DNA of 64,000 nt from Lama glama (GCA_028534125.1 CM052816.1:81222001-81286000), one strand, 5' to 3'. Counted from the first letter of the stretch, positions 1 through 13,665 are shown. Translations and numbers: made by a program. Notes: generated by a model from the sequence alone, not told the origin.

Positions 1-385
1 AAAGGAGCATCTTTCTCTTCTGCAACCTTCTTAACAGAAGAGTAGCCATGATGAATTGATGGCCTACTCCAGTGCCTGGAACTGTGTGGACAGCTCTACG
101 TACATTTATCCTTTGATCCTAAAAGATCCTGGGGTGTGTCAGAGCTCAGAATGTCAGTGCCCCAGTCTTCTTCTTCTGAAAAACACACCTTCTTTCTTTC
201 AGGCAACTGCTCCCATCACCCTATTAAGACCATGTTGATATAATAGGTGTTGATGTAGCAGGTGTGGCTAATCATAGTTCTCCACCCCTCTGGCCACAGT
301 AGTGGCTTAGAATACGCCACCCACCTGCCCACCAAGATCTGGTATGTGACCGCAAGTCAGGTGCTAATCATAGTTTTATTTGGCT

Positions 386-506
386 TTTTTTTTTGGTGGG
401 AGGTAATTAGGTTTTTATTTAATATTTTTAATGGGGATACTGGGGATTGAACCCAGGACCTTGTGCATGCTAGACACACACTCTACAGTTGAGCTATACC
501 CTCCCC
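386..506 (-). mobile_element. tRNA-derived SINE (Vic-1-like, camelid)
   Basis: Reverse complement GGGGAGGGTATAGCTCAACTGTAGAG...GGTCCTGGGTTCAATCCCCAGTA with A and B boxes and an A-rich tail. Confidence 0.85.
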
Positions 507-711
507 ACTGTGCTGCAGAAGGTTTTTAACAGAACATTGAGGGGGAGAAGCCTGTTCTTAGGAAGGTGGTGAGGGGGCAGGCTAAGAGGTGGGAGCTGGG
601 TCTCTAATCTCACTGAAGAGCACTGCAGAGAATGAAACAGACTCAAGGACACAAGAGTCACACTGAGAAAATAAACTTTAACAGCATTTAAATCCCTGAG
701 ACATACAATGA

Positions 712-922
712 ATAGTGGTTCTAAGTGTAGGCGTGGAGTCAGAAGGCCTAGGTAACCTTGGGAAGTAACCCCTCTGAGCCTGAGTTTCCACTTTTGTAAA
801 AAGAAGATAATAATAGTCCTTAACTCATGAGGCTGCTGTGAGGGTTGAACAAATTAATGCATGCGAAGCACGCTGAATGGTGCCTGGCACGTGGTCACGT
901 CACAATAAATATTCACTATTAT
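712..922 (+). mobile_element. MIR SINE
   Basis: Core ctctgagcctgagtttcc...tgtaaaa...ataata...gtgagg...gcctggcac. Confidence 0.75.
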
Positions 923-3900
923 AAGCTTCTCCAGTTGTCCATGAGGCTGTCTCCACCCGCTTCCTGCCTTTGATTTGGTTACCAGAGCAAATGGTTTCCA
1001 AGTTAGTGTTTGGTCTCTATTATTTACAACCTCAAGAGTCCTGAGGACTGTGGTCTTCATTTCCCTGAATTCCCAAATTCCAAGAGATGCTCTAGGAGAG
1101 AAAGTTTCCATAGGTAAGCCTGGGCAACTCTTGGATATTCATTGTGTTTTAATTTATCTGTGGCTCCGCCTCTTTGATAGTCTCATTCTATTTTAATATA
1201 TTAAGGCTCTGAGTGACCCTATAATTAAAAAGCTAGTTGAATTTTATTAAACCCACCCCTTCCCAAACTTAGTTAACTTCGGGTCCCTTTCTCTTCCCTG
1301 TGATCTTTTTTTCTTGTTCTACCAAATTAGCGTTCCACAGAGTACACTTTGATATGAGGAACAGAAGACAAAGATGAGAAAGCTGGAGAATCTGCTGAGT
1401 GACAAGGTGAACCCAGATCCATTTGAACCTAAAACACATGTTCTTTCCACATTTCAGTCAGTTCTGTGCACACATACACACGCAACACAAGTACCACTAA
1501 CCACTGGGAAGGGAAGTGTTAGACATTCTGATTTTGAGTTTACGTCTCTGGTTTTACGGTTATTTTCCCAGAGAACAAAGTTTTAAGTGCTTGCTTTTGC
1601 AGATTTGTATATACCATCAAAGTAAGTCGAATTAAAACTTTTTAAGACAATTTTGAATAAAAACGGTCTGAGACATGCAACAACCTCTGAAAAATTCCAA
1701 GAAAGATGGCATTTGTCTTCTGTTTGCCAGAGCCAATTGAGGAAGAAACGCTCCCTGGGGAGATGCTTTTAGTACAATTCCCACTGTCAGTTCCTTTGTC
1801 TTCATTTGTAGGGCAGCCAAATTATTGCACAAGTACTCACATTTCCCTCTAGGCCAAGTCTAGCTTCTGATTCTCCAAAGCTGTCTGTCTTGAACTGTAG
1901 GTCAAGTCTGGGCGATGAATATTATTATTATTATCAGTATTATTATTATGGATTGACATCGCTGGGCGCTAAGACTTACCAGAGGGGACTTTTGGGCCAA
2001 GGGAGAGGCCTGGGTCCACTGGAAGCCTTACAATCTAAATTAGACTGAGTTGTATAACAGTTTTAGGCATCTGATATGGAACTTGCCAAATTTCATGGCT
2101 TCAGGCACACGGAATGCACATCCCTGTTCCAGGGAGGCTAAATATTTTTCCAAATCAGTAGATAAAACAAACTCCCTGACCTCAACTTACTTCCTGGCGC
2201 CTGGAGTCCTGAGAAGCGGGTGAAGAGTGCCTGTCTGCTATCAAGTGACAGGACACATCCAGACTGGCTCCTGTGCTCAGGACCTCATGGTACCTGATCC
2301 CGTCTCCATCTTCCGAGCTAAGATTTTGGCCACAACTGAAAGATCTAAGTCCAGAGGGCAATGGGCCAGGGTTAGATACCATTAAATGCCATTGAATCAG
2401 CCTTGAAGGGCAACTGTGGCTTCTTGGTGCATGAGGCAATGCGCTGCAGCTGGAGGCGGGTGAAAGCTGGGGACCACAGACCCCGGGCAAATCACGTCTC
2501 CAGCGTCACATCTGAAATGGGAAGGTGGCTATACCGCTGTCTCTAGTAAATCTGATGCACAGATTTTAGACCTTACAGAGCCAACCAAGCAGGGAGTAAA
2601 TCCATCAAAGAGAGCCTGAAGCTTCCGGCCTAACACTTGGTGTGGTGGACCAACTGTTCGACAGTGACATCTGCTGACCGTGTTCCACACTGCCCCCTCA
2701 CAGACAGAACAGAATCAGCTAAGCTCTGGTTAAAATGTTCATGTTAAATGACTGGGGGCGGGGGTGGGGGGTGGCTTTCCATAGGTGGTCTAGAGAGAGA
2801 CTACAAGCAGAAGGGAGATGGCAGAGATTAAAATGCGATACAGAGTGTTACAGACAATAAAAATTAAGTTCAGAACATCACAAAGGCCTTTGAGTCTTTT
2901 CCAGGAGAGGCACTGTAAACCTGTACTAGGACCTTCCGATATTTGTCAGCTCATTCCAGTGGCATTTACTTTGAGGTTTTCCCTTGGCAGTCAGTTCCAT
3001 CTGCCTTTTGGACTCTGCATTTGCATACGTACACACACACATGCGTTTCTCCCCACTTTCTCCTCTCCCTGCCCTATCCTCTTGCGAATAAGCCATGTTT
3101 GATCTAGAAGCTTGGGTTCCTGTCTCTTCTTTTTATTGAGTCATCTCAATAGTTTTCTCTCTGACATCTCATGCTAAACACAGGGAGCCGTGCAGCCGCA
3201 GTCTCCCCTCACATCCTGTTTCATGTCCCTGCAGCTCAGCCAGCAGCTCAGGTCCCAAAAGACACACAACCCCACTTCATTCCAAACTGCCCTGAACCTG
3301 GTAGCCACCCTTCTCCCCACCAAGGCCACTGAACTGGCTACACTACTGAAGTGGACTCCCTGAGGGCACTGTTCACCCCACTGTAGGTCCTGACTGCTCA
3401 CCCTCTGAAGGCTGGGAGGGTGTCCCTTCCCCCGTCCGCATCCCTCAGGATCTACCTGGTACACTGCTGTGCATCCAAGTGGCCTTGGTAAATGCTTCCT
3501 GTGTGAATGAATGATCAGGAGGCTTGTTTTAATTCAAGGACATCAGGGTATTGAAAGGGTTTCACTCATAGCTATCGCCAGGCCCAAAAATGCAAAATTG
3601 GAAACATGGAAATTAAACATTTTCAGAGAAAAACTGAGTCTGTCTTCCTGGCATTTTCTATCATTATCTGTTAAAAAATTAAAATTAAAATTAAAAAATA
3701 ACAAGTAAGAAAACTCCTTTTGGACATTTGTCTCAGCTAAGATCACAACCCAGTGCTCTAAGTTTCTGTAATTTTTGCTTTAAGGAGTGAATGTGTTTAA
3801 GTTCTTCAATGGAACGCTCAAAGACTCCTGTGTACTGAGGGTCAGGAACTGAGTTGGAAATTGGCACCATCTCCCAGATCTCACACTGGGACCTGCTTTG

Positions 3901-5199
3901 AAAAGTGACAGCAGAAGGCTGAGAATTACAGCTTCAATGGATTTAAGAAAATAAATGAAACAGTGGTGGTTTGCTGCTAAAATTCTCCTTTACTAGACTA
4001 AAATTTTTTCTATCGATTTTCATTTCGTAGATAAAATGCACATATGAAAAAACAGTATTTGTTTAATGTTGTCACAAAGATGAAATGCACATAACATCTA
4101 GAAGTAAACATCTACTTTTAGTCCTTTTATGATCGCTGGGCTCCTTGCAGGGAGCCGATATAGATCTGAGGATGGGTTTTCATGTTGGCTGAGGTTGTTG
4201 AGTAATCATGGAAAATAAACCCTCCAAGCAAGATCTGACATAATCACTGGGTCTCACCCTTCTTGACTTCTTTCTAGGGCACGCAGGATGTCTGTCACTT
4301 GGAAGGGAGACTGATGCAAGACTGAATGGATGGACTAAAGCAGAGACCCACATAGAAAGATGACATGTGAGCAATTAATTCCACAAATGGTGCCTGCCAC
4401 ATCTTCGTGCTTTGTCTGGAGCCCCAGGGAGATAAAGCTGACTCACCACATAGCTACATCCACGGAGACAAAGGGATGATGACTCCCAGCCAAGTCCATC
4501 CTGTTTTGAAATGTTGAGGGGCCTCCTGACAAGGGGGTCACGTTGAGGTTTGCCTCCATGACTTACTCTGCAGAGGGGTGGTCACTGCTGGGGTAACCAG
4601 CTGAGAGGAGGGGGGATTCAAAATAGAAAAAAGGAGCTTAGGAATTCTCTCTTGGGATAGCACGTGGAAGCTTTCGGTATCTTTAATACCCCGGGAAGCA
4701 GGGAGCAAGGCAGCTCACTCCAGTGGACCATTAACAGGGAAGATTGACCAAAGGACTGTTGTACTTCCTGTTGTGCTCAGTAACTCTCTGCCTGGTGTCA
4801 CGTCCGAGCTCTTAGGAAAGACTCTCTCCAGTGACGTGACCTTGGCTTGGCGGCTATCGGGCAGGAGTGGAAGGGTCATGTTCCCTGCTTAGGCCAGTTT
4901 TGTTAAAAGGGAAATGACACTCTCCACTCTCACTCCCACCCCCACTAGACTGGAGATGGTGGCGGGCATACGTATGAGAGAGTGCCATGGAACAGTGAAC
5001 TTGGGGGACAAATCACAGGGTTATTGGATTCAGCTGTTCCTCTTTCCAGGAAATTTTCTTTCCAGGGTTCACCTTGAAGGATCTGGTTATTGTTTTTTTA
5101 AACAAAATTGGGGATGGGGGACAATTACTTACAGGCATCACTGTTTCCTAGATGAAATGATCTGATATGTAAAATAAAAGAAGTTGTTATAAAAAAAAG

Positions 5200-5727
5200 T
5201 TGGAATGGACTGAACTGTGTCCCCTCAAAATTCATATGTTGAAACCCTAACCCCCCTTTAGGACTGTATTTGGAGACAGGGCCTTTAAAGAGGTAAGTAG
5301 AGTCAAATGAGGTCATAAGGGTGAAGTCCTAATTCTATAGGACTGGTGTCTTCATAAGAAAATGAGGCGAGGGTAGAGCTCAGTGGTAGAGCATATGGTC
5401 CTGGGTTCAATCCCCAGTACCTCCATTAAAAAATTAATTAAATGAATAAATAAACCTAATTGTCTCCCCCTAAAAAAATTTTAAAAAGAAAGAAAACGAA
5501 AGCAAGCAGAGATCTCGCTCCTGCAGGCCCACAGGGAAGAGGCCATCTGAGGACTCAGCCTCCTACAAGCCAGGGAGAGAGGACTCACCGGAACCCCCCC
5601 CCCCCCGCCCCCGCACCTTGATCTCAGACGTCTATCCTCCAGAACTGTGAAAAAATAAATAAATTTCTGTTACGTAAGCCACCTGGTCTGCGGTATTCTG
5701 CCATGGCAGCCCGAGCAGAGCTATACA
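5200..5727 (+). mobile_element. MaLR LTR (MLT1A-like) interrupted by a SINE
   Basis: tggactgaactgtgtcccctcaaaattcatatgttgaa start; cctccagaactgtga...aataaatttctgtt...aagccacc...ggcagcccgagcagagctataca end. Confidence 0.8.
5364..5490 (+). mobile_element. Vic-1-like SINE nested in MLT1A
   Basis: gggtagagctcagtggtagagc...ggtcctgggttcaatccccagtacctcc; approximate TSD aagaaaatga/aagaaaacga. Confidence 0.85.
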
Positions 5728-7279
5728 GAAGGCAAGGCCCCCAGCTCCTGGAGTAGGTCTTGCCGTTTGCTGAGGTGCCTGTTAAAACATAAGTCTTCAC
5801 AGGATAACGCAACTTCCCCAGGGACCGACCGCCTGGGGAAAGAGGCATCTCAGCAAACCGCTGTTGGTTTGAACAGCGTGCAGTACGTGGGGAAAGGGAC
5901 TCCACGAGCGGAAAACAGCATCTTCGCGGTTCGACACATTTCCTTTCCCAGAAAACATCCGCATTTTGAGAGCGAATCAATTCCAGTATCTCTGAATACC
6001 TTGGTCACTTTTTCTAGTATTACTCAGTATGCTATGTATTCCTGCCTGCATCCGGGAGGGACTTTCAAATGCCAGCATGTTGCCTGGAACACACTAGACC
6101 CTCGGTCGTTATTTGAACTCAGCTGAACTTCAGAATAAAACAACAAAGACTGCATTTCTGAATTTTGAACTAACAGAGGGCAGGAATGAGGGTTGAACTC
6201 ATCCTTGTATCCCAACCCCAGGGCCCTTAAGAGAGGGTATGCAACAGCCACTCAATGAATGTTGGCTTATACATTGAAATTTAACAAAACAGATACCCAG
6301 CCATTAGAAATAGCTGATGAAAACTGCTAGTTCTTTTCACATTTGGATGAGATTTGCTCATGTTTGCCTCAGTTTGCCTCAAGTTTCTCAATCTGGGTTT
6401 TTTGTGTTGTTTTTTTTTTTTTGCAACATTCCTGGCATTGTGTCAGAAAAACATCATAAACTAGCGGTCTTAACACAATCAGCAGAACTTCTGAGTCACA
6501 ACTAAGACACAACCCAGGAATTTGAAATGCAAATAAACCATTTTTTCTTGAAGTATCTGAACCAAAAATACATAGTAAATACAATCTAGTAGCACAGATG
6601 GTTAAAGAGACTGGAACTTTAAGATACAGTAATTTTTTTCACAGTGTTGAATTAGTAAAGCAGACACTTTCTGCATCATGCTTTTTATTTTTGATAATTT
6701 GAAAGCTGCCTCTCACCCTTATACGTCAGAACAATGGGCTGAACTGGATATGCAATAATTTTCATCCCATAACAGAAGGTTAAATGATCTGTTTAATCCT
6801 TTGTTAAGATAAGTGATGTCTCTATAACTAAACTAAATCATGTTCCTCTCATCCATTCCTTGTTGAAATGTTTGTATTGTTATTTTGCTATGTTTTCCTG
6901 TACCATGATTTTGGAGTCATATAATAAAGATTTGCGGGGGCGGGGGGTGGGCAACAAAAGCTATCTGTCCTGGGGCAGGGAAACTCTTTTCTCTCCCTTA
7001 CCTGTGGATGAAACGTTGACACATAACAGTCTTATGATCGCTGGGGAAAATCATGGCCTCTAATTAGGGCTCCTTCGTGTTTGGAGCCAGATCTCCACAT
7101 TGTTCTTGGTCAACCTGTTCACGTACTGCAAACCTGATTTTTGACCCTTAAAAAAAAGAAGGAAAAAAAAAAGAACAGCTTTATTTTTTGTTTGGAGGGC
7201 TTTTGGGGGGGATTTTGGGTGGTGGGTTTTTTTTCTCCTACCACAATCTCCTTTATTTAGTCTGCCCATTTCTAGATGC

Positions 7280-7512
7280 TCACGTGTTGAAATTCAAGGA
7301 GAGATGAAAGCAATCAATCTTCAGAGCTCCCCTTCTCAACTTGCTTGCCATCTTGCCTTCATTTTTTTTTTAAGGGCATCAAGCACACCTAGCATTTATT
7401 CATCACAAACCTACAGACCTCTCAGTACACCCTCCTTGGGGCTCAGCCCCAACAATCCAGAGCTGACAACCTTGGGTGTATGTGCTGGAGGGATGGGGAG
7501 CGTCTCTTGGAG
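7280..7512 (+). repeat. Local direct duplication, copy 1 (~230 bp; copy 2 at 8355-8585)
   Basis: Direct alignment; 113-bp core with 2 mismatches. Confidence 0.95.
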
Positions 7513-7959
7513 TTCTGGCATCTTGCAGCCAACATTCCTACAATCACCTCTCTCCACACAGAAGCTGATTCCACAGAAGCTGTTTCAGGTGCAATGGCTT
7601 GGTCCACCAGCAGAATTTGAAATCTGGGGGCTGTGGGCTATGTCTAATGTTGACATTTTTTTTAATTCATTATCAATGCCAAAGAAAAAGAAAAAGGGAA
7701 GACCTGGGCCTACATGTCCAAATGGCAATAACTGGCCAAAGCCGAGTAGCAGCTGCTCTTTTGACCGGAGGGCACCCTTCAGTCCAGCTCAGTCCCCGCT
7801 GCTCCCGGAGCACAGCTAGCCCAGCGCATTCGTCTTCCTTACCTGTCTGGCTCTTGAAGGCCTTTGAGTCTGGGGCCTCTTATCGGCATCAAGATGCCAA
7901 TAAGGAGACTTAGTGAGAACAAGAACGCCCCTCCCACACTGACAGGCTGCTAATCTAAA

Positions 7960-8100
7960 CCTGAGTGGTCCAGGACGATAGCCGCTGGCCTCATGTGGCT
8001 ACTGAGCACCTGAAATGTAGCTAGTGTGACCAGTTTACTTTTTACTTAATTTTTCATAATTGTTTAAAATAATGGCATAAAGCTCTGTTGGACAGTGCTG
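7960..8100. mobile_element. hAT-Charlie MITE remnant (MER3/MER33-like)
   Basis: catgtggctactgagcacctgaaatgtagctagtgtgac ... ttggacagtgctg. Confidence 0.6.
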
Positions 8101-8354
8101 GTTGAGGTCAAGAGAGATTAAAAGATTGAAAGCTTTTGTTACCCACATGCAGATGTCGGTCCATTATTCTTTCACTCAGGATGGAGCAGACACCTTCAGT
8201 TTAGATCCTGTCCTGTTAGCTCCCCTCCACCACAAGCACATCACCCCCTCTGAGCAGAAAGGTTGATCAGGCCCAGAGATTCCAAGTCCCCAGGGTCTCA
8301 TCCTCTCTCATCTGCTCCCAATGGTCAGTGCACAGAAAGTCACTAGGATGTAAT

Positions 8355-8585
8355 TCATGTGTTGAAATTCAAAGAGAGATGAAAGTGACCAATCTTCAGA
8401 GCCTCCCTTCTTGACCTTTTTGCCATCTTGCCTTCATTTTTTGTAAGCGCATCAGGCACATCTAGCATTTATTCATCACAAACCTACGGACCTCTCAGTA
8501 CACCCTCCTTGGGGCTCAGCCCCAACAATCCAGAGCTGACAACCTTGGGTGTATGTGCTGCAGGGATGGGGAGCATCTCTCGGAG
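8355..8585 (+). repeat. Local direct duplication, copy 2
   Basis: Aligns to 7280-7512. Confidence 0.95.
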
Positions 8586-11063
8586 GACATCAGTTGAGAA
8601 GCACAGAGGGTAACCGGGAGGCAGATACATGGGCCCCTCTCCACTTGCTGGGCTAAACTGTGCTGGTATGTATTCTATGGACCAGCTTAGAAAACCAAGT
8701 AAATGCTTGAGAGAAAGGGACGAGAGACATCTCCATGAATAGGGGATGGGTTGATCTTAGGGCTTTTTCTTAAGAGAGTCCACAGCCTTATTAGGAGGCC
8801 AGTGGAAGGCAGGGACCCTCCAGGGTCAGTAGCAGTAGAGGGGACAGTCCCCAAGGCATAGAGGGCCGCTTAGAGAGCAGAGGAGATCAAATGCAGAACC
8901 GAACTCCATCTGGAGGCAATGGTTTCCTAAAGCTGGGCGGTGCCTGTGCTTCTGTCAAAATGCTTGGAACTTCTCTACCGCCCTCTTCTGCTTCTAAAAC
9001 TCCACCCAAACCTCTCCTCTCAGACCCCTCTGGGTGGGTATAAAACAAATTCTAATCAATATATCAAGGATGGAGGACAAGCTCACGGCCGATCTGCAGC
9101 CTCTGCTCTGGGACGCCGTCCTCAGTCCCTGGGGCTGTCTCCCCGCCGCAGACTTCAGGGAGGCCTGCAACTCCGAAGCAAAGCGTGTGCGGCTTTATCT
9201 TCCTTGCGTTTTACTTTCAGAGTTTTATTTTCCTCCTTCCCTTACAGCGTTCCAACTGCTGGGCTAAGAACTCACGTTACTGAGTTCCTAGACGCCGAAG
9301 CTCATGTTTAATCAATCGGCAGTTCCTGCGCAGCCCACAGCCCCGCGCCCCGTGCGCTTGCTCGGAAGTGGGCCGTGGCCCGTAACTTACTTTCTGAGGA
9401 TTCCGACGAAGCTGCCTGACTCTAAGACTTGTGAGACGTGGGACATTGAAGCTTGCTGCCAGAGGCGTCTGTAGAATGTTGTTCAGTGGAAATCGAGTTG
9501 CAGAATTGGAAGTCTAGAAGAAACCCGAGTCTGCTCCCGCCAAAGGCAGGATCGAGTTTAAACCGCCCCTGCGGGAACTGCAGCTCCTAACACTCCGCGC
9601 CTTCTGGCTCCTTCACCCTCCAAGATGGGCACGGGTAAGAAGAAAATACATAAATATTTTCTTTGCCCAATTCACTTATTCAACTTTTCGTTTTATTATT
9701 TACTTTCCTTTTGGAATCAGCAACTATGCCATAACACAGTTTCTAAGTGGGCCTCACCTTGTCCTTGACAAACCAAGAAAAGATGTACAGGAAAAAGCAA
9801 ATGAGATGAGACTGAGAAGAGCGGGCGGCAGGAAGGCTGGTGAGGAATCAGGCCTGGACCCGCTGTCTGCCTCCCACGCCTCCCTGCGACTCCTAGGAAC
9901 CCGGGCACTCAGAGCACCTGCTGGCCTGAGAGGAACCCGATGGTCTGGGTGGACCGCAACTGCCTTTGCCTTTGCTTTGCAAGGGAGGTAGGAGCAAGAT
10001 GGAATTTGGAAGAGACCTGGGTTTGGAACACAAGCTTTGAGCATGCGCTCTTTCCCTGGCCCCCAGGGAGCAAACACAAGCTGTTGCAAATCACTGTGGT
10101 TACCAAAAGCATATGAGCAGCGGGAGGGAACTGCTCTTGGCCTTGGCTGTACTGCCGGGAATTAAGGGCCACGGACAGGAGCACTGGAGCGCTGGAGCGC
10201 TGGGGTGAACATACTGAAAGTAGTCTGAACAGAACAGAAAATAGGAGCAAGGAAATAAAGTATTTGTTTAGGTATTTCATAGATTAATTATGACAGTCCC
10301 AATAAAGAACATTTTCATTAGATCTTAATCTTTTCCCCAATATTTTCCTGATGCAGAATGTATTCAATAGTGCAATTAGACACCAAATATTATACCATTG
10401 TGAAAATGTATAGAATGCAGTAAATTTCCCACTAATTTCATTTTTCGTATCCAAATTCTTAATTCAGTAGTGAGTACTACTGACAAGGTAGAAATTTAGT
10501 TTGATAGTCTTTGGCTCTTGAAGAATTTTTTAATAATCACTTCATCAAACTTAAGAGGTAAGAATTGTATTTATTTTATAGCTCTTTTTTCTTTTAGTAA
10601 TACTGAGTACTGATAACAGGACTATAAGATAAAAATCAAACATTCAAAAAGTAGGTGACATTTCATTGTTTTCCCAGTTTGTTCTTATTTTTTGTTTTCA
10701 TTTGGTTTCGTTTGTTTTTTGTGGAACGTTGACACTTCAAAAATTTTTACCCAAGGTCTGATTGTAACTTTGCTACCACCTTCTGGCAAAATAATGAACA
10801 TCTTATGATCTTTGATTAGAATGAGTTTCCACAGTTTTGTTCACTTCATGTTGTAAATTTCTTTCACCTGCATCTATCACAGCTAAAAACAAAAGCTGTT
10901 AAAAAGCAAAGATGGCAGAGGAAAGCAAGGTCACAGACTCTCTCTTCTCCAATACCTAAAGAAATGAATTTTTTTTAATGTCTTTACCATCCAATATTCA
11001 AGAGTGACAATAAAAGAACAAAATGGTGTCCCAACAAATCAGGAGAAAATCTGGGAGGAAAAA

Positions 11064-11825
11064 TGTTAAATGAGAACGTGGCACCCCCCGAGGACACTGA
11101 CGCTGCAGCCTTCCTCACTTGCTGGGTAGCTCGAGGCAAGAGGCTGAGTAGAGCTCCTCCTTGTTCCTTCCAAAGTCTGCTCCTTGTCGCACCTCATTTC
11201 CCTTCCTTCCCCCTTGAAAAACTGAGACTGGAGGGAAGGGGGCAGGGCACAACCATTAAAAGGACGACACAGCAATTCTCACCAAGATGGTGGAAGATTC
11301 AACTCCCAGTAGACCTTGAGCTTCAGTATACACTCATTGAAATACAATAGCTGCTAAACGGCCCTCCCACAGGTGCCAGGAGCGGTTCATAAAAGCTCAA
11401 AAAGTAGCTAATGGCCCAGTTCCTGGGAATCCTAGCCCCTTCCCCAAAGTCGTTGGAATAATTTTCCCATTTGTTAGCATATGAAGTTATTGAGCCCAAA
11501 AAAACTAACAACCCCGAACCTCTAGGCCTTTTCTCTTACTTTTTGCAGTGGTTCACACTCTGTCTATGGAGTGTGTGTCTACATTTACTTTAAACTAAAC
11601 ACCCACCCCCATGCCTCTTGGCCTCTCTGGCCTTCTGAGATGGCCTAAGCTCAGTCTATGGAGTGTGCATCTCTCTGATTAAATCTACCTTCACTCAACT
11701 ATGGCTCACTCTTGAATTCTTTCCTGCGCAAAGCCAAAGACCCTCACTTGTTGGCGTGCATCCCAGGGACTCTCCACAGACCGGGATATGGCCATCCTCT
11801 CATGCCCCACATTTTCCCTCTATCA
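11064..11825 (+). mobile_element. ERV1-like solo LTR
   Basis: TG...CA ends; ATTAAA followed by U5-like ctcttgaattctttcctgcgcaaagccaaagaccc; internal gtctatggagtgtg duplication. Confidence 0.6.
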
Positions 11826-11834
11826 AAACTACAC

Positions 11835-12840
11835 TAGAGATATCTGGCAAACGCCACCTTAACCGTGCTGTCAAAGTTATCACCAGTAATGCGACAAATA
11901 AACATCATGTACCTCCTGATGAGATGTACCAAGAAGGCTACATTGTTACGGAAACGACAGGCCAGCCAAGAAACAAGCACCACTCGGAGTACTCAGATGT
12001 ATTACGCCGGCGGGCTCAGAGGGGCTTCTGTTCCGAAGCTCTGAGCACCTCCAAGACATGTGCATGAGGTTTTATAGGGTAAAGTACAAGCTTGGGGTAT
12101 TCGGCCAATAGGCATGGAACAGCTTTAGCAGCATTATCATCACAAAAGTGGAGGTGGGGAGGCAGCAAACCAACATTCCAAAGCCAGATATGTATCTTTG
12201 AAAGTCCAGCTGCCTAGCAAAAAAACATGAACAGCTAACCAACACTAATTAACCTAGATTTACAAGTTAGTCCAGCAGAACTCAGATCAGTATTCCGATA
12301 CTTAGATTTGTGAGTTATCTTGTTAGACCAGCCCAGCCTCTCCTTCACATTCCTAGACTTGTGAGTTATCTTGTTAGACGAGCCCCGCTTTTCCTTCACA
12401 ACATCACTTCTGCAGTATCCTTGCTGAAAAGGCAGAACCTGCATTTAATCATCAGCATGCATCAGACAACCCAAACTGAGAGACATCCTACAAAATAACT
12501 GACCAGTATGTTTTAAAATGTCAAGGTTAAGAAGGATTATGTAAGTGTTTCAAATTAGAGGAGCCCAAGAAGACATGAATGGAAAATGCAATGTGTGATC
12601 CTGGATTTGGTCCTGGACCAAAAAGAAGGACATTAGTGGGACAACGGTACAATTTGATTAAAGTCTGTAAGATTACATCATTGTATCAATGATAGTTTCC
12701 TGATTTGATAATTATATGGTCATTATAATTATATGGTTAGTATCAGATACAAACATTGTAAGAATCTGAGTGGAGTGCTTACAGAAATCCTTTGTGCTGG
12801 TTTTGTATCTTTTTAAAGCCTGAAATTATTTCAAAAAGAA
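11835..12840 (+). mobile_element. Old L1 (L1MC/ME-type) 3' region, split by the LTR at 11944-12400
   Basis: caccttaacc...atcaccagtaatg...catcagacaacccaaactgagagacatcctacaaaataactgacc. Confidence 0.65.
11944..12400 (-). mobile_element. Young ERV solo LTR, 457 bp, 4-bp TSD ACAT
   Basis: ACAT|TGTTACGG...TTCACA|ACAT; TATAAAA on the minus strand near 12070; CpGs retained; ~50-bp tandem duplication at the U3 end. Confidence 0.85.
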
Positions 12841-12869
12841 CTTGAAGTTTTTCACACTACAAATTATTT

Positions 12870-13665
12870 GAAGGCTTTAGAGCCCTCACTAAGCCTCCAT
12901 ATTACTGTCGCTTACAGACCTCCTGGTCACTCTTTCCTTGTGTATCAAAGATGACTACATTCATTCAGTATCCTAGTCTCCCCTTTCCCTGACCTAGTCA
13001 TCCAAAACAAATTTCCCTACAACGTATAAAATAGATAAACAAGGACCTGCTGAATAGCACAGGGAACTATATTCAATATCTTGTAATAACTTATAATGGA
13101 AAAGAATCTAAAAAACTAGATAGATAACTGAATTACTTTGCTGTACACCTGAAACTTTGTAAATCAACTATACTTCAATAAAAAAATAAAATAAAATTCA
13201 CTGGAAAAAATAATAATAAAACAAAATTTCCACCTCTCCTCAGCCACCTCTGAACTCTTGAATTCAAGTACCCAAATTATAGCTTATTAATCCAAAGTCT
13301 CACTCCAAAAATTTGAGGCATCCAACTCATTAACATTACCATGTTTCCAGTGTCCATCACCTATCCCCATCCCCCACACCATATACTATCTTCCTTCTTT
13401 AACTACCTTACATTCCAGGTCCAACACTTTATTCTCTTGCAAACATTCAACTCCCTTGGCCATCTCACTCTCTATTCCATTCACTTTCAAGACTCAATAC
13501 TGCTTAAATCCACTAGCTACACAAACAGCTAAATATTGCTAGGGAAGAAAAAATCATACATACATGCTGACTGGTCCCATGTCAAATCATGGACACGAAT
13601 GAACACTAATACCCAAGTAGGCATTAACACTGCCAGACAACGCTTCTTCAAAATCTTGGTCCCAC
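12870..13665 (+). mobile_element. L2 LINE fragment containing an L1 3' end (13018-13217)
   Basis: L2-like gctgactggtcccatgtcaaatcatg; L1 tail agcacagggaactatattcaatatcttgtaataac with approximate TSD aaaacaaatttcc. Confidence 0.65.

Noticed and set aside
7304..7819. 171-aa ORF sharing a peptide with ORF 8428-8613
   Set aside because: The similarity comes from the local DNA duplication; no protein family or splice structure recognised
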